Notes under the pieces: generated by a model
What the model was told of the DNA's origin: nothing
What the model saw: the letters and a program-made list of their open reading frames with translations, nothing else
The model's database searches: none
Position numbers and translations under genes: made by a program
Shown: positions 20,355 through 30,123 of the stretch, piece by piece
How positions within the stretch are numbered: position 1 is the first letter of the stretch
Layout of the letters: every line of letters starts with the position of its first letter
Assembly: GCA_900321995.1 (NCBI GenBank)
Contig: ONYG01000232.1
Location: forward strand, 1-56,293
Reading direction: 5' to 3'
DNA length: 56,293 nucleotides
Origin: an uncultured Methanobrevibacter sp.
GTDB taxonomy: Archaea > Methanobacteriota > Methanobacteria > Methanobacteriales > Methanobacteriaceae

Positions 20355-23300
20355 TTACCTAATATTTCTTTTAGACCTCTTTACGAGTTCAGACGCACAT
20401 GCGAATATAAGTAAAAACAATATGCACAAAACAGGTATGTTCATACCGCCAAAAGACAATGAACGAGATGCTGTTGCATTTTCATTTACATCTAAATTAT
20501 AAGCCCTAGCAGATTCAGACACTGCTGCAGATGAGGAAGTTCCAACTGTGTTTCCATCTGCCATATCAGATTCAGGATTATCTCCAGAACCATCCATATT
20601 GCTTCGGCTTCCAGAGCTCCCATCTCCAGAGCCATCATTTACTGCAGTTGAGTTGGAATTTCCTTCATTTCCATTCCCATTGCTGTTAGTCTTGCCAGAT
20701 CCGATATCATCAGTCTCGCCATTTCCTCCAGAGTATGGAGGAACCTCATTATCAGCAAAGGTATTGTTAGTTCCACCAATTGATAAGAATGTATCTGTAT
20801 GAGGTGGAATCACATCGTTATGGTCGGTCAGGTCAGTATCAAGCAATATCCTCCATTCAACTTCAGTATAGTGAAGTGATGGATTAGATGTTTCTAATTG
20901 CTTAAATATCTGATCAAGATTTATTCCATCAGGAAACTCATCTCCTTTTCCCTTAAATTTACCTTCTCTGAATATAGGGCTAAGCTTATTCTTAGTAATG
21001 GAATTGTAATTGGAATTATACAGGCTTACATCACCAACATACTGCCCATATGCATTCAAGGTATTGTTTGAAATCACATTATGGTCAGAGTCATATCCTT
21101 CAACAACATAATTGATTCTAGACCTTGATATGACATAATTGGAATCGATTAATGACCTTTCAGCACCTTCCAAAATTACCCCATAGCTGACATTGTTAGA
21201 GAAGCAGATGATGTTGTTTCTAAGCATTGTTGTATTAATGGAATTATAACCTGCGATTATTCCTGCTGCATAATATGTACCATTCACAAATACAATATTG
21301 TCTGTAAAGCTATTGTTTGTAGCAAATTGGTCTCTTTTTCCAGTCTCAGCACCTAAAACCCCTAAACCATAGAGATATGGGTCCTTTGCAGAAACGACTA
21401 CATTATTATGATGAACAGAATTATAGTTACTATCATAATAGACATCGATTCCCACAATGGAGTTTGTAGATTCCTTCACTGCAGTGTAATATTTAGTAAG
21501 GCCAGAGCTAGCTTTAATGCTATTATAGCCAATATCATTATTGGAGGAATAGAATAAAATAATGCCGTATGTTTTATATACTTCTGGAATAATCATCCCA
21601 TCCGCTTCATAATCATCTATGCTGATTGATGTGTCAACTTGAATTGTAGATTCATATTGATGAGGATTATCTGTACCGTTTACCTTTATGCTATTGTTTT
21701 GAATAGAATTATCCCTTGAATCATAAAGCATAATACCAAAAGTAAGCTTTTTGGCTTTTAAATCAATAGTATTGTTGAATATGCTATTTCCTACAGATTC
21801 AGATAGATAAATTCCATATCCATTGTCAAAGCTATTCAGCTTAATGTCATTATTTTTCACAGTTACGTTTCTTACATTATCCAATGAAATTGCAAACCTA
21901 TGATTGTCTTCAAGATTTCCAGGATTCTTATTTATGATTTTAAAGCCGTCAACAGTGACTTTGCTTTTTGTAATCTTAATAACTGAATCATATAGGACTG
22001 CAGAATCTGAAATCAGATTTACAGGAGTGTCTAATATAATTCTCTTATCTTTAAAGTCCCCTTGGAATATTAAGTTTGAATGATTATATTCTTTTTTAAT
22101 ATAACCGTCATCATCAAAGAACTCATAGAAGTTTGATTCATTAATGTAATAGGTAACTGGAATTAGAGAAACATTAACTGTAATGTTGGATGGCAAATAA
22201 TTCTTATCACCTATAAAACTTATATTCAGCGTATGATTGTCCGGAATCGCATTAAACTGGAGCCTTGCTTTCCCTTCACTATCGGTTGTTTTAGTGTAGA
22301 CCTTATCTTGGAAATAGAAAAGTACAGTGGCGTTTGAAATAGGATTTTCATCCTCATCCATAAGATATATTTCAAGATAATCATGCCTAATGACTGTACT
22401 GTTATAGATATGAATAACACTTGGCAATCTTGTTATGTTTGTATCAATATCAGTTCCATTAACATCTGTACCATTAATATCAGTGCCATTAATGTCTGTT
22501 CCATTTATAGGAGTGCCATTAGTGCCATTTATGCCAGTTCCATTAATGTCAGATGCATTTGTGCCATTAATGGCTGTTCCATTGGAATCACTGACATTTG
22601 TATTATTTACAGTATCATTACGCTCTATTTCAGATATGTCAGTCATGTTAACAATCTTTCCATTAATGAGATTATTGAATATTGCATAATGCTCTGGAAG
22701 GATTGGATTTCTGTTTGTGTACTTAGTCACCACTATAGCGTTATAAGCATCCTCAACCTCAATTATGTTATCGCAGACTAAGGTGTAATTGACTTTACCT
22801 TGCAATACAATTGCAGATAGGTCTGATGTGATATTGTTGTTTCTTATTGTAGTGTTTTCAACTAATTTTGATGTGTAAATCTTAATAGGAGTTGAATTGA
22901 CACCATTTAATGTATTGTTTTCAATCAAAGCATTTGATTTGGTTAGATTAATACATGAAGAAGATTCCGTATTGATAATGTTTCCTGCAATAAGGCTATT
23001 ATCTCCATTTGACTGGATACCATTTGTTTGGACAGTGCTTATTGTATTGTTTATTATCTTTGTATTTGAACCGGAAGTCTTTATAGCTACAACATCACCA
23101 TTCTTATTCCATTGATAACCTTCTACCTTAACAGTAGAGATATTGTTTGATATAAGGCTTACATTAGCCCCTTCAACAAATATTCCCGCTTCTCCACCTA
23201 CATTGACTATGGTATTGTTTATGACCAATGTATCTGGAGTGGATATCACCACTGGACGGAATGTATTGTTGAATGTATTGTTTGCTACAATGGTATTGGA

Positions 23301-24308
23301 TCCTCCTGCTTCTCCCATAAGGCATAATGCATAACAGTAGGAATCATAAGTACCGTTTCGACTAGTGAAATAATTGTTTGCTATAATATTATCATGACAC
23401 TTCTCCAAGTCTTCACGAGGATAGAAATCACCATTTCCATACATGGAATAGTATAACATGTTTGCATTGTATGTCTCTAAGTAATTTCCCTCAAAAAGGT
23501 TGTATGAAGAGCCAGTCATTGGAATTGCAGTAGCTTGGCCTGTGATAATAGTATTATTGATAATCTTGTTATGGCTTGCATTTGACATTAGAATACCATA
23601 ACATTTCATTTGAGTGTTATTTATTGTCAAATTAACTATTGTATTGTAATAGGAATTGTAAATATGAATTCCGCATAGGTAATAGGATTTTACTTTCTCA
23701 TTTTTGTTTACAATCCGAAGATTGCTTAATGTAGTGTAGGAACTTCCCTCTATAAGGCGTATCAAGCAGTCAGACATAATGTCTTCAGCAGATGCTGGAA
23801 GAATTGTCAATTGCCTGTCGATTACAAATAGCTTGTTTGAAACATTTCCTATTTTTAATATGTCGCCTTCTTTTATGGTTCCTTCCTTAATGGTACCAGT
23901 TCTTGAATTAAAATAATTGGAATATGAAGCGTCTGTAATTATTATAACTGAACTTTCACTCAATTTGGATTTAGATTGCTCCTTATTTTGATTTTTAGAG
24001 CCATCTTCATCTTCTTCTAAAGATTGAGTATCCTCAGATTTTATATTATCAAATGAATCATCAAAGTTCTCAGAAGTTTTTCCATCATCATTTGAAATTA
24101 CAGCACTTTCCATCTGATTATCATTGTTTAAACTGATATTATTATCCTTTGAGAAATAATCCGAAATGCCATTAGAATTATCAATTATACTATCTTGGGT
24201 GTCAGTGACATTATTTATTGATAAGTCATCATTTGCACTAACTACTGCCAAAGACAAGAATAATATTAATAATAAAGCAAGGATGGAGGACAATCGAACA
24301 TTATTCAT
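20355..24308 (-). CDS. Adhesin-like surface protein with right-handed beta-helix domains, an Ig-like spacer, a G/S/N-rich linker and a C-terminal TM anchor
   Basis: Signal peptide (LSSILALLLILFLSLAVVSA), many IxNNxI repeats, TTDSEGKARL Ig-like motif and C-terminal hydrophobic segment plus KRSKRNIR; GGAGGTG RBS. Confidence 0.88.
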   Translation of the reverse strand: MNNVRLSSILALLLILFLSLAVVSANDDLSINNVTDTQDSIIDNSNGISDYFSKDNNISLNNDNQMESAVISNDDGKTSENFDDSFDNIKSEDTQSLEEDEDGSKNQNKEQSKSKLSESSVIIITDASYSNYFNSRTGTIKEGTIKEGDILKIGNVSNKLFVIDRQLTILPASAEDIMSDCLIRLIEGSSYTTLSNLRIVNKNEKVKSYYLCGIHIYNSYYNTIVNLTINNTQMKCYGILMSNASHNKIINNTIITGQATAIPMTGSSYNLFEGNYLETYNANMLYYSMYGNGDFYPREDLEKCHDNIIANNYFTSRNGTYDSYCYALCLMGEAGGSNTIVANNTFNNTFRPVVISTPDTLVINNTIVNVGGEAGIFVEGANVSLISNNISTVKVEGYQWNKNGDVVAIKTSGSNTKIINNTISTVQTNGIQSNGDNSLIAGNIINTESSSCINLTKSNALIENNTLNGVNSTPIKIYTSKLVENTTIRNNNITSDLSAIVLQGKVNYTLVCDNIIEVEDAYNAIVVTKYTNRNPILPEHYAIFNNLINGKIVNMTDISEIERNDTVNNTNVSDSNGTAINGTNASDINGTGINGTNGTPINGTDINGTDINGTDVNGTDIDTNITRLPSVIHIYNSTVIRHDYLEIYLMDEDENPISNATVLFYFQDKVYTKTTDSEGKARLQFNAIPDNHTLNISFIGDKNYLPSNITVNVSLIPVTYYINESNFYEFFDDDGYIKKEYNHSNLIFQGDFKDKRIILDTPVNLISDSAVLYDSVIKITKSKVTVDGFKIINKNPGNLEDNHRFAISLDNVRNVTVKNNDIKLNSFDNGYGIYLSESVGNSIFNNTIDLKAKKLTFGIMLYDSRDNSIQNNSIKVNGTDNPHQYESTIQVDTSISIDDYEADGMIIPEVYKTYGIILFYSSNNDIGYNSIKASSGLTKYYTAVKESTNSIVGIDVYYDSNYNSVHHNNVVVSAKDPYLYGLGVLGAETGKRDQFATNNSFTDNIVFVNGTYYAAGIIAGYNSINTTMLRNNIICFSNNVSYGVILEGAERSLIDSNYVISRSRINYVVEGYDSDHNVISNNTLNAYGQYVGDVSLYNSNYNSITKNKLSPIFREGKFKGKGDEFPDGINLDQIFKQLETSNPSLHYTEVEWRILLDTDLTDHNDVIPPHTDTFLSIGGTNNTFADNEVPPYSGGNGETDDIGSGKTNSNGNGNEGNSNSTAVNDGSGDGSSGSRSNMDGSGDNPESDMADGNTVGTSSSAAVSESARAYNLDVNENATASRSLSFGGMNIPVLCILFLLIFACASELVKRSKRNIR

Positions 24309-24680
24309 TTTTCACCTCCATTCAAATTATTCTACTTTAATTTTTCTTGGATATTATATATAAATATATCCAAAAAATTTGATAAAAAATAAAATAAAAT
24401 TAAATTTTACTTAAATTAGAACTAAAAATTAGTTTAATTTGTAATTAATTTATGTTAAGATGTTAAAATTATAAAATAAATCATATAATTTTTATTCAAA
24501 GGATAATATCAATTAAGAAAAATTATAAAATTTTCATAAAATCCCATCTTTATTATACAATTAAAAATAATAAATCACTCCTAAACACATTAAAACAATA
24601 TTGATTAAATTTAAAAAAATATAAAAATATTAAATTATACAAATTAAATAAGATAAATAAATTTAAATAACACTATTCCC

Positions 24681-24824
24681 TTTTCATAATAAATGAACAA
24701 AATTGATTTAAAGATGTATTTCATAATAAAGGAAAAAAATTGATTAAAAGAAATATTTTTTAATAATTGAAAAATTGATTTAAAGAAGTTTTTTCCTAAT
24801 AAATGAACAAATTTGATTAAATAA
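24681..24824. repeat. Four degenerate ~36-bp tandem units upstream of uvrC
   Basis: Core TAATAAATGAACAAAATTGATTTAAAGA repeated with variations at about 24681, 24719, 24756 and 24789. Confidence 0.75.
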
Positions 24825-24863
24825 TTATTTTTTTATGATTTTACAATAAATGAAGGTATTAAA

Positions 24864-26705
24864 ATGTCAACTAAAGTTAACTCACCAGATGAATTGCCTA
24901 AAAAGCCTGGAATATATATTATGAAGGACAAAAATGAGGAAATCATCTATGTGGGCAAATCAAAATCCCTTAGGAATAGGGTAAAATCTTATTTTCAAAA
25001 AAACCTTGACAGGCCTAAAACCCAAGTGTTGATGAGCCATTTTAATAGCCTTGAGTATATTGTGACAAATACAGAAAAGGAAGCGCTTATTTTAGAGGCA
25101 AACCTTATCAAAAAGCATAAGCCTCGCTATAACATTAGCCTTAAGGACGATAAAAGATACCCTTATGTTAAATTGACAGATGAGGATTTTCCAAGGCTTG
25201 TGATTACAAGAAACATTTCTAAAACAGGAACATTCTATGGACCATTTACAGATGTGACTGCTGTAAGACAGACTGTAAAGTTCCTAAAGCAGCTATTTAG
25301 AATTAGAACATGCAAAAGGATGGATGGGCCTTGTCTAAATAGCCAAATCGATTTGTGTTATGCTCCCTGCAACGGCCAAATATCAAAAGAAGAGTATAGG
25401 GATCACATGAATAAGATCGATCTCTTTTTCCAAGGAAAATATAATAAAATCATAAAAGACCTTGAAATTGAAATGAAGGAAGCCGCATCAAAGCAGGAAT
25501 TTGAAAAGGCAGCAGTCATCAGAGACCAAATCAATTCAATTGATGAGGTCATGACAAAGCAATTGGTAGAGTTTAAAAACGACCTTGACCAAGACATTAT
25601 TGCCATTTCATACACAAGGCAAAATGCTGTGGTTGTTGTCATGAACATCAGAAACGGGAAAATCGTAGGCAAAGACGACTTCCTAATGAATGGATCCAAG
25701 CATACCACATCAGATGAGGTCATATCTGCATTCATTAAGCAATTTTATGGAATCAATAGGCATATTCCTAAAGAGATATTGATTGAGGAAGATATCCCTG
25801 ACCAAGATCTTATTGAGGAATGGCTCACTGACCTAAGAGGAAATAAGGTATTTGTAAAAGTTCCTCAAAAGGGAAATAAGCTTAGGCTTGTTCGTATGGC
25901 AAGCAAAAATGCAGATATAATTAAGAATCAAAAGCAAAAGATGGAAAACTCAATGATAGAGCTTAAGAAGTACCTTAAGCTTGAAAAGCTTCCAAGAGTC
26001 ATAGAAGGCTATGACATATCAAACATTTCAGGAAAGCTTGCAGTAGGTTCTAAGGTTTCATTTTTAGATGGAAAGCCTAATAAGAAGCAATATAAAAAGT
26101 TTAGAATGAACACTCCAGGACCTAACGACTTTGCTATGATGAAGGAATTGCTTGAGCGTAGATTAAAGCCACTTAAGGAGCATTATGATAAAGTCAGAAT
26201 CAATGAGAATCATATTAATCATAATGAAGCTGAAACTGAGAAAATTGAACCTTTAAAATTAGGTGATGAACCTAACTTGATAGTAATTGACGGTGGTAAG
26301 GGCCAATTGGGAATGGCTGTTGATGTATTGAAAGAGTATAATCTTACCCATATACCTATAATAGGTCTTGCAAAGGAATTTGAGGAAATCTATATTCCAA
26401 ACAGCAGTTTTCCAATCATAATTCCTCAAGATAATGAAGCTCTTCACCTATTGCAGCAGGTTAGGGATGAGTCTCATAGATTTGCTGTCACTTATCACAG
26501 AAAGCTGAGATCTAAAAAGATAGAGGAGTCTCCTCTTGATGATATTCCTGGAATCGGCAAGAAAAGAAAGATAGAATTATTAAAACACTTCAATGACTTG
26601 AATGGAATTAAAAACGCCACTGCAGATGAACTTTGTGAAGTTGATGGAATGAATAAAAAAGTGGCTAAAAACGTTTATAATTATTTCCATAAAGAAGAGA
26701 ATTAA
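24864..26705 (+). CDS. uvrC: Excinuclease ABC subunit C
   Basis: GIY-YIG (PGIYIMKD...IIYVGKS), UVR domain (FEKAAVIRD), IEGYDISN, IDGGKGQL, RDESHRFA and C-terminal HhH. Confidence 0.97.
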   Translation: MSTKVNSPDELPKKPGIYIMKDKNEEIIYVGKSKSLRNRVKSYFQKNLDRPKTQVLMSHFNSLEYIVTNTEKEALILEANLIKKHKPRYNISLKDDKRYPYVKLTDEDFPRLVITRNISKTGTFYGPFTDVTAVRQTVKFLKQLFRIRTCKRMDGPCLNSQIDLCYAPCNGQISKEEYRDHMNKIDLFFQGKYNKIIKDLEIEMKEAASKQEFEKAAVIRDQINSIDEVMTKQLVEFKNDLDQDIIAISYTRQNAVVVVMNIRNGKIVGKDDFLMNGSKHTTSDEVISAFIKQFYGINRHIPKEILIEEDIPDQDLIEEWLTDLRGNKVFVKVPQKGNKLRLVRMASKNADIIKNQKQKMENSMIELKKYLKLEKLPRVIEGYDISNISGKLAVGSKVSFLDGKPNKKQYKKFRMNTPGPNDFAMMKELLERRLKPLKEHYDKVRINENHINHNEAETEKIEPLKLGDEPNLIVIDGGKGQLGMAVDVLKEYNLTHIPIIGLAKEFEEIYIPNSSFPIIIPQDNEALHLLQQVRDESHRFAVTYHRKLRSKKIEESPLDDIPGIGKKRKIELLKHFNDLNGIKNATADELCEVDGMNKKVAKNVYNYFHKEEN

Positions 26706-26831
26706 TTAAAAAATAGTCATAGTGAGTAAAATAATTAAAAAAGTAAAAAATAATTAAAATAAGTAAATAAAAATAATTAAAAAAAGCAAAGAGAAATAAT
26801 TAAAAAAAAGTAAAAAAAGAATAAAAAAAGC

Positions 26832-27374
26832 TTAAGGCATTTCCTTATCTAAGAATTTAACGACCTGTTCTTTATATTCTTCAAAGGAGTCCTCATTTTT
26901 AATAAGATAATCGGCAGTTGCAATAACTTCTCCAATGCCTAAGTCTAATTCTCTTTGATCCCTTTCCTTAAAGTCTTCATAAACACTGGAATCATCTTTT
27001 CTATTTCTAAGAGTGACTCTTTTAAATCTTGTTTTAGGGCTTGCGTAAAGAGAAACAGATGTAAATTCATCAAAATTCACGTCAAACATTTCTATTTCAT
27101 AAGGACTTCTAATACCGTCAATAAGAATTGTTTTTACATCATCTTGAACTTCTAAAAATCCCTTTATCTTTTCTATAGTTAATTTGGCTACAATATACTG
27201 GCCATGTTCTTCTCTTAATTTTCTGGCAGTAGTGCCACTATTCTCTCCTCTTTCTGTAGCTTTTTCACGGATAATGTCACCCATACTAACTACAACAGCT
27301 CCTCTTTCCTTAGCCATATCAAAAAGAAGACTTTTTCCAGAACCTGGTAATCCAGTAACACCTATTACTTTCAT
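26832..27374 (-). CDS. UPF0200 / CoaE-like P-loop kinase
   Basis: IGVTGLPGSGKS, SMGDIIRE, IDGIRSPYE and RDQRELDLG motifs. Confidence 0.8.
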   Translation of the reverse strand: MKVIGVTGLPGSGKSLLFDMAKERGAVVVSMGDIIREKATERGENSGTTARKLREEHGQYIVAKLTIEKIKGFLEVQDDVKTILIDGIRSPYEIEMFDVNFDEFTSVSLYASPKTRFKRVTLRNRKDDSSVYEDFKERDQRELDLGIGEVIATADYLIKNEDSFEEYKEQVVKFLDKEMP

Positions 27375-27550
27375 AGTATCCCTTTTTTTATTTTTGAATT
27401 TTTAAATTAATTTTTAAATTAACTATTAGAAAATATATTTATATTTTTATTTATTATTAAACTTAACCTATTTTTTTAAGTTATCTTTCAAAGAAGATAA
27501 AAAAGATGCAAAATAAATTCCTTAAAAAAAATTAAAATAGGAAATAATGG

Positions 27551-28297
27551 TCATTTCAATTTAATCTCTGCTAAAGAATCCTTAAGATTTTTCTCATTTG
27601 AGAAACTGTTAACTATATTTTCTAAAAATTCCTTATCCTTATCCTTTCCATTTTCCTTAAATTCAAGAGCAATCTTAGTCATTAAGGGAACAGCTCTCAC
27701 AATATTATCAACGATTGTTATTGTAGACATTTTAGCAGTTCTGGAAACTGGGTTTAAATCAATTGCAATTATCTTTTTGCCGTTTTCAACTAGAACCTCT
27801 GCCCTATCTCCATCTTCAAGAGGAACTAACATAACATCAGCAGTATAGCTTCCTTCCTTACTTGCTGTAGCTCTAGGACTGTTTAGGTTGTTTATATATT
27901 CCAATTCTTCATCATTACCGCCTAAAATATCTTCCCAGCCTCTTTCCTTAAACATTCTTTCAATAATTTCAACACGTTCTGGAGTTCTGTAGAAGAGATT
28001 AATCTCTATCTTTGAATTAGTTGCTCGAGCAAGTTCAATGATTTCATCTATAGCCAATGCTGTAGTGTTTCCATTGACTGATAGGACAGGATTTTCTGCA
28101 AGAAGAATAGTTGCAACTGCAGCTTCACATGCTTTTTTAGCTGTATCTGTAGTTCTCTCACCTATCAGATAGTCAAATGTTTCTCCTCTGCCATGAGCGA
28201 TCATGCCAGAATCTGCTAAATAACCTTCTTTAAAAGCGTTTTTGACTTTATCTCTTAATAATAATGATTCATAACGTGGATGAGTTTTTGGTATCAT
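27551..28297 (-). CDS. 4-phosphopantoate--beta-alanine ligase (archaeal phosphopantothenate synthetase)
   Basis: [40 protein letters not shown] and IDLNPVSRT motifs. Confidence 0.93.
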   Translation of the reverse strand: MIPKTHPRYESLLLRDKVKNAFKEGYLADSGMIAHGRGETFDYLIGERTTDTAKKACEAAVATILLAENPVLSVNGNTTALAIDEIIELARATNSKIEINLFYRTPERVEIIERMFKERGWEDILGGNDEELEYINNLNSPRATASKEGSYTADVMLVPLEDGDRAEVLVENGKKIIAIDLNPVSRTAKMSTITIVDNIVRAVPLMTKIALEFKENGKDKDKEFLENIVNSFSNEKNLKDSLAEIKLK

Positions 28298-28473
28298 AAT
28301 TATATTATAGTCAAATTGATTAATATAATCTTTTATTAAAGAATTAAAAAGAGTTAAGATAATAAAAATATAAGAAAAAATTTCTAAAAAAAAGTAAAAA
28401 TTATTAAAGAAAAAAAAGAGTTAAGATATAAAAAGATGAGAATAAATTTCTAAAAAAAGTAAAAAAAATATAA

Positions 28474-29052
28474 TTATTTTAATAATTTTTGGTCTAATTC
28501 ATCCAATATAACATTTATTCGTTTAAATATCTCTTCTGGAGAGTCATTTGCAGGAATTACATGCCAATTATATAATACTGGCTCTGCCTTTTGTCTAACC
28601 TTTACAAAAGCTTCATAATTTTCAAACATTTCTTCTTTCTCATTTCTTTTCTCTACACGCTTAACCAATTCCTTTGGAGAGACGTCTAAATAAAAGAAGT
28701 ATTCAGAAACAGGAAGCAGCCAACAAACCAATTTGTAAACTGGAACAGAGATTGCCTTGTTTAAATATGAAACAGCCAAAGTATATCTTACAAAAATAAC
28801 AGTGTCTGCTTTTCCATGATATTTTATAACTGATCTGATTGCATCTCCACCATAACATAGTGTAGCAATAATCTTATTTAACTTTCCTTTTTTCTCTAAA
28901 GCAGACTTGGAATGGCGTCCGAAGAAGTTATCAGATGTTGGGTGAGAACGAATAATTACACTGCCTTCATTTTCATACTTTTCCTTAATGAGCCTTGCTT
29001 GGGTGTCTTTACCTGATCCATCAAGGCCATCTATAGCAATAAATCGTTTCAT
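28474..29052 (-). CDS. tmk: Thymidylate kinase family protein
   Basis: FIAIDGLDGSGKDTQ P-loop, xRY motif and YLDVSP. Confidence 0.8.
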   Translation of the reverse strand: MKRFIAIDGLDGSGKDTQARLIKEKYENEGSVIIRSHPTSDNFFGRHSKSALEKKGKLNKIIATLCYGGDAIRSVIKYHGKADTVIFVRYTLAVSYLNKAISVPVYKLVCWLLPVSEYFFYLDVSPKELVKRVEKRNEKEEMFENYEAFVKVRQKAEPVLYNWHVIPANDSPEEIFKRINVILDELDQKLLK

Positions 29053-29337
29053 TATAATCCCAAATCCTTAAAATTTTAAAAATAGTTCGTTATATTTAAA
29101 CTTATGAAAATAAACTTGATTAACTGTATAATATTTTATCTAAACTCTTTTATAAACCTTATTAAATTTAATGGATTTTGGAAGATAAAACTAATAAATA
29201 TAAGATTATTTTAAAAGTAAAAACTGATAGAATATTTTTAAAAGAATTAAAATATGGCAATTGTGCTTTAGTTAATTAAATAGTTTTATTAAAGATTAAA
29301 AATACAATAATATTAATTAAAAAAATGGAGTCAGAAA

Positions 29338-29874
29338 ATGGATGAGAAAATAGAAAATCCTGAACTAAAGGAAATTATGGCAATTGACCCTGAAGACATG
29401 AGCGAAGAAGAATTAGAAAGATTTGTAGATGCTTTCATGAATGCAACCTTAATCATTCCTGCTGAAGTAAACACTGATAAAGACATTTCTGCTTTAAGCG
29501 ATGAGGAAATAGCTTTAGATGAAGAAATTGACATCACTATCCTAAAGCTTGAAGATGAAGATTCAGATTATGTATTCATTCCAGCATACACTGATGATGA
29601 GGAAGTTGAAAAACTAAAAGCTGAATTAAAAACTGAAATTTATGGTTTAATTTTTGAAACAGAAGACTTAGCAAACCTATTATATGAGTCATATGATGAA
29701 GACATTGAAGGAATCGTAATAAACCCATTTACAGATTTCACTGCAGAAATTCCTTTAGAATCACTTTTTGAATTGTTTGATTTCGAAGAGTGTGATGATC
29801 CTAACTGTACTAATCCTAATCATCACCATCATGAACATGAACATGAACACGACCATGAGCATGACCACCATTAA
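29338..29874 (+). CDS. SseB-family protein with a Cys/His-rich C-terminal tail
   Basis: ATLIIPA, FIPAYTDDEEV and GIVINPF motifs; tail CDDPNCTNPNHHHHEHEHEHDHEHDHH. Confidence 0.7.
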   Translation: MDEKIENPELKEIMAIDPEDMSEEELERFVDAFMNATLIIPAEVNTDKDISALSDEEIALDEEIDITILKLEDEDSDYVFIPAYTDDEEVEKLKAELKTEIYGLIFETEDLANLLYESYDEDIEGIVINPFTDFTAEIPLESLFELFDFEECDDPNCTNPNHHHHEHEHEHDHEHDHH

Positions 29875-29918
29875 GAATTAAAAACTAAAAATTAGCAAAA
29901 TTAAGCTAAAAAAAGTTT

Positions 29919-30009
29919 AATAAAAAAGAATTTAACATAAAATTGTTAAAAAAAGGCTAAAAATAATAAAAAAGAATTTAACATAAAATTGTTAAAAAAA
30001 AGCCTAAAA
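29919..30009. repeat. Two tandem ~44-bp copies, each with a TTAACA...TGTTAA hairpin
   Basis: AAAGAATTTAACATAAAATTGTTAAAAAAAG(G/C)CTAAAA occurs twice. Confidence 0.8.
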
Positions 30010-30022
30010 GATAAAAAAAGTA

Positions 30023-30052
30023 ATTAAGTAATTTTTATAAAAATTACTTAAT
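30023..30052. terminator. Perfect 30-bp palindrome between convergent genes
   Basis: ATTAAGTAATTTTTATAAAAATTACTTAAT equals its own reverse complement. Confidence 0.6.
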
Positions 30053-30123
30053 ATGCTTTTATAATAATCTATTTTTAATTATTCGAATATAATTCGACTA
30101 ATCTCTTTAAATATAATTGAAAT

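Noticed and set aside
20548..24363. Short ORFs overlapping the second adhesin
   Set aside because: Antisense or off-frame shadows, partly produced by the NGT repeats.
28345..28470. Other two-copy intergenic duplications (here, about 31895-32030 and 48985-49070) as mobile elements
   Set aside because: No terminal inverted repeats or target duplications, and no sequence shared between loci.
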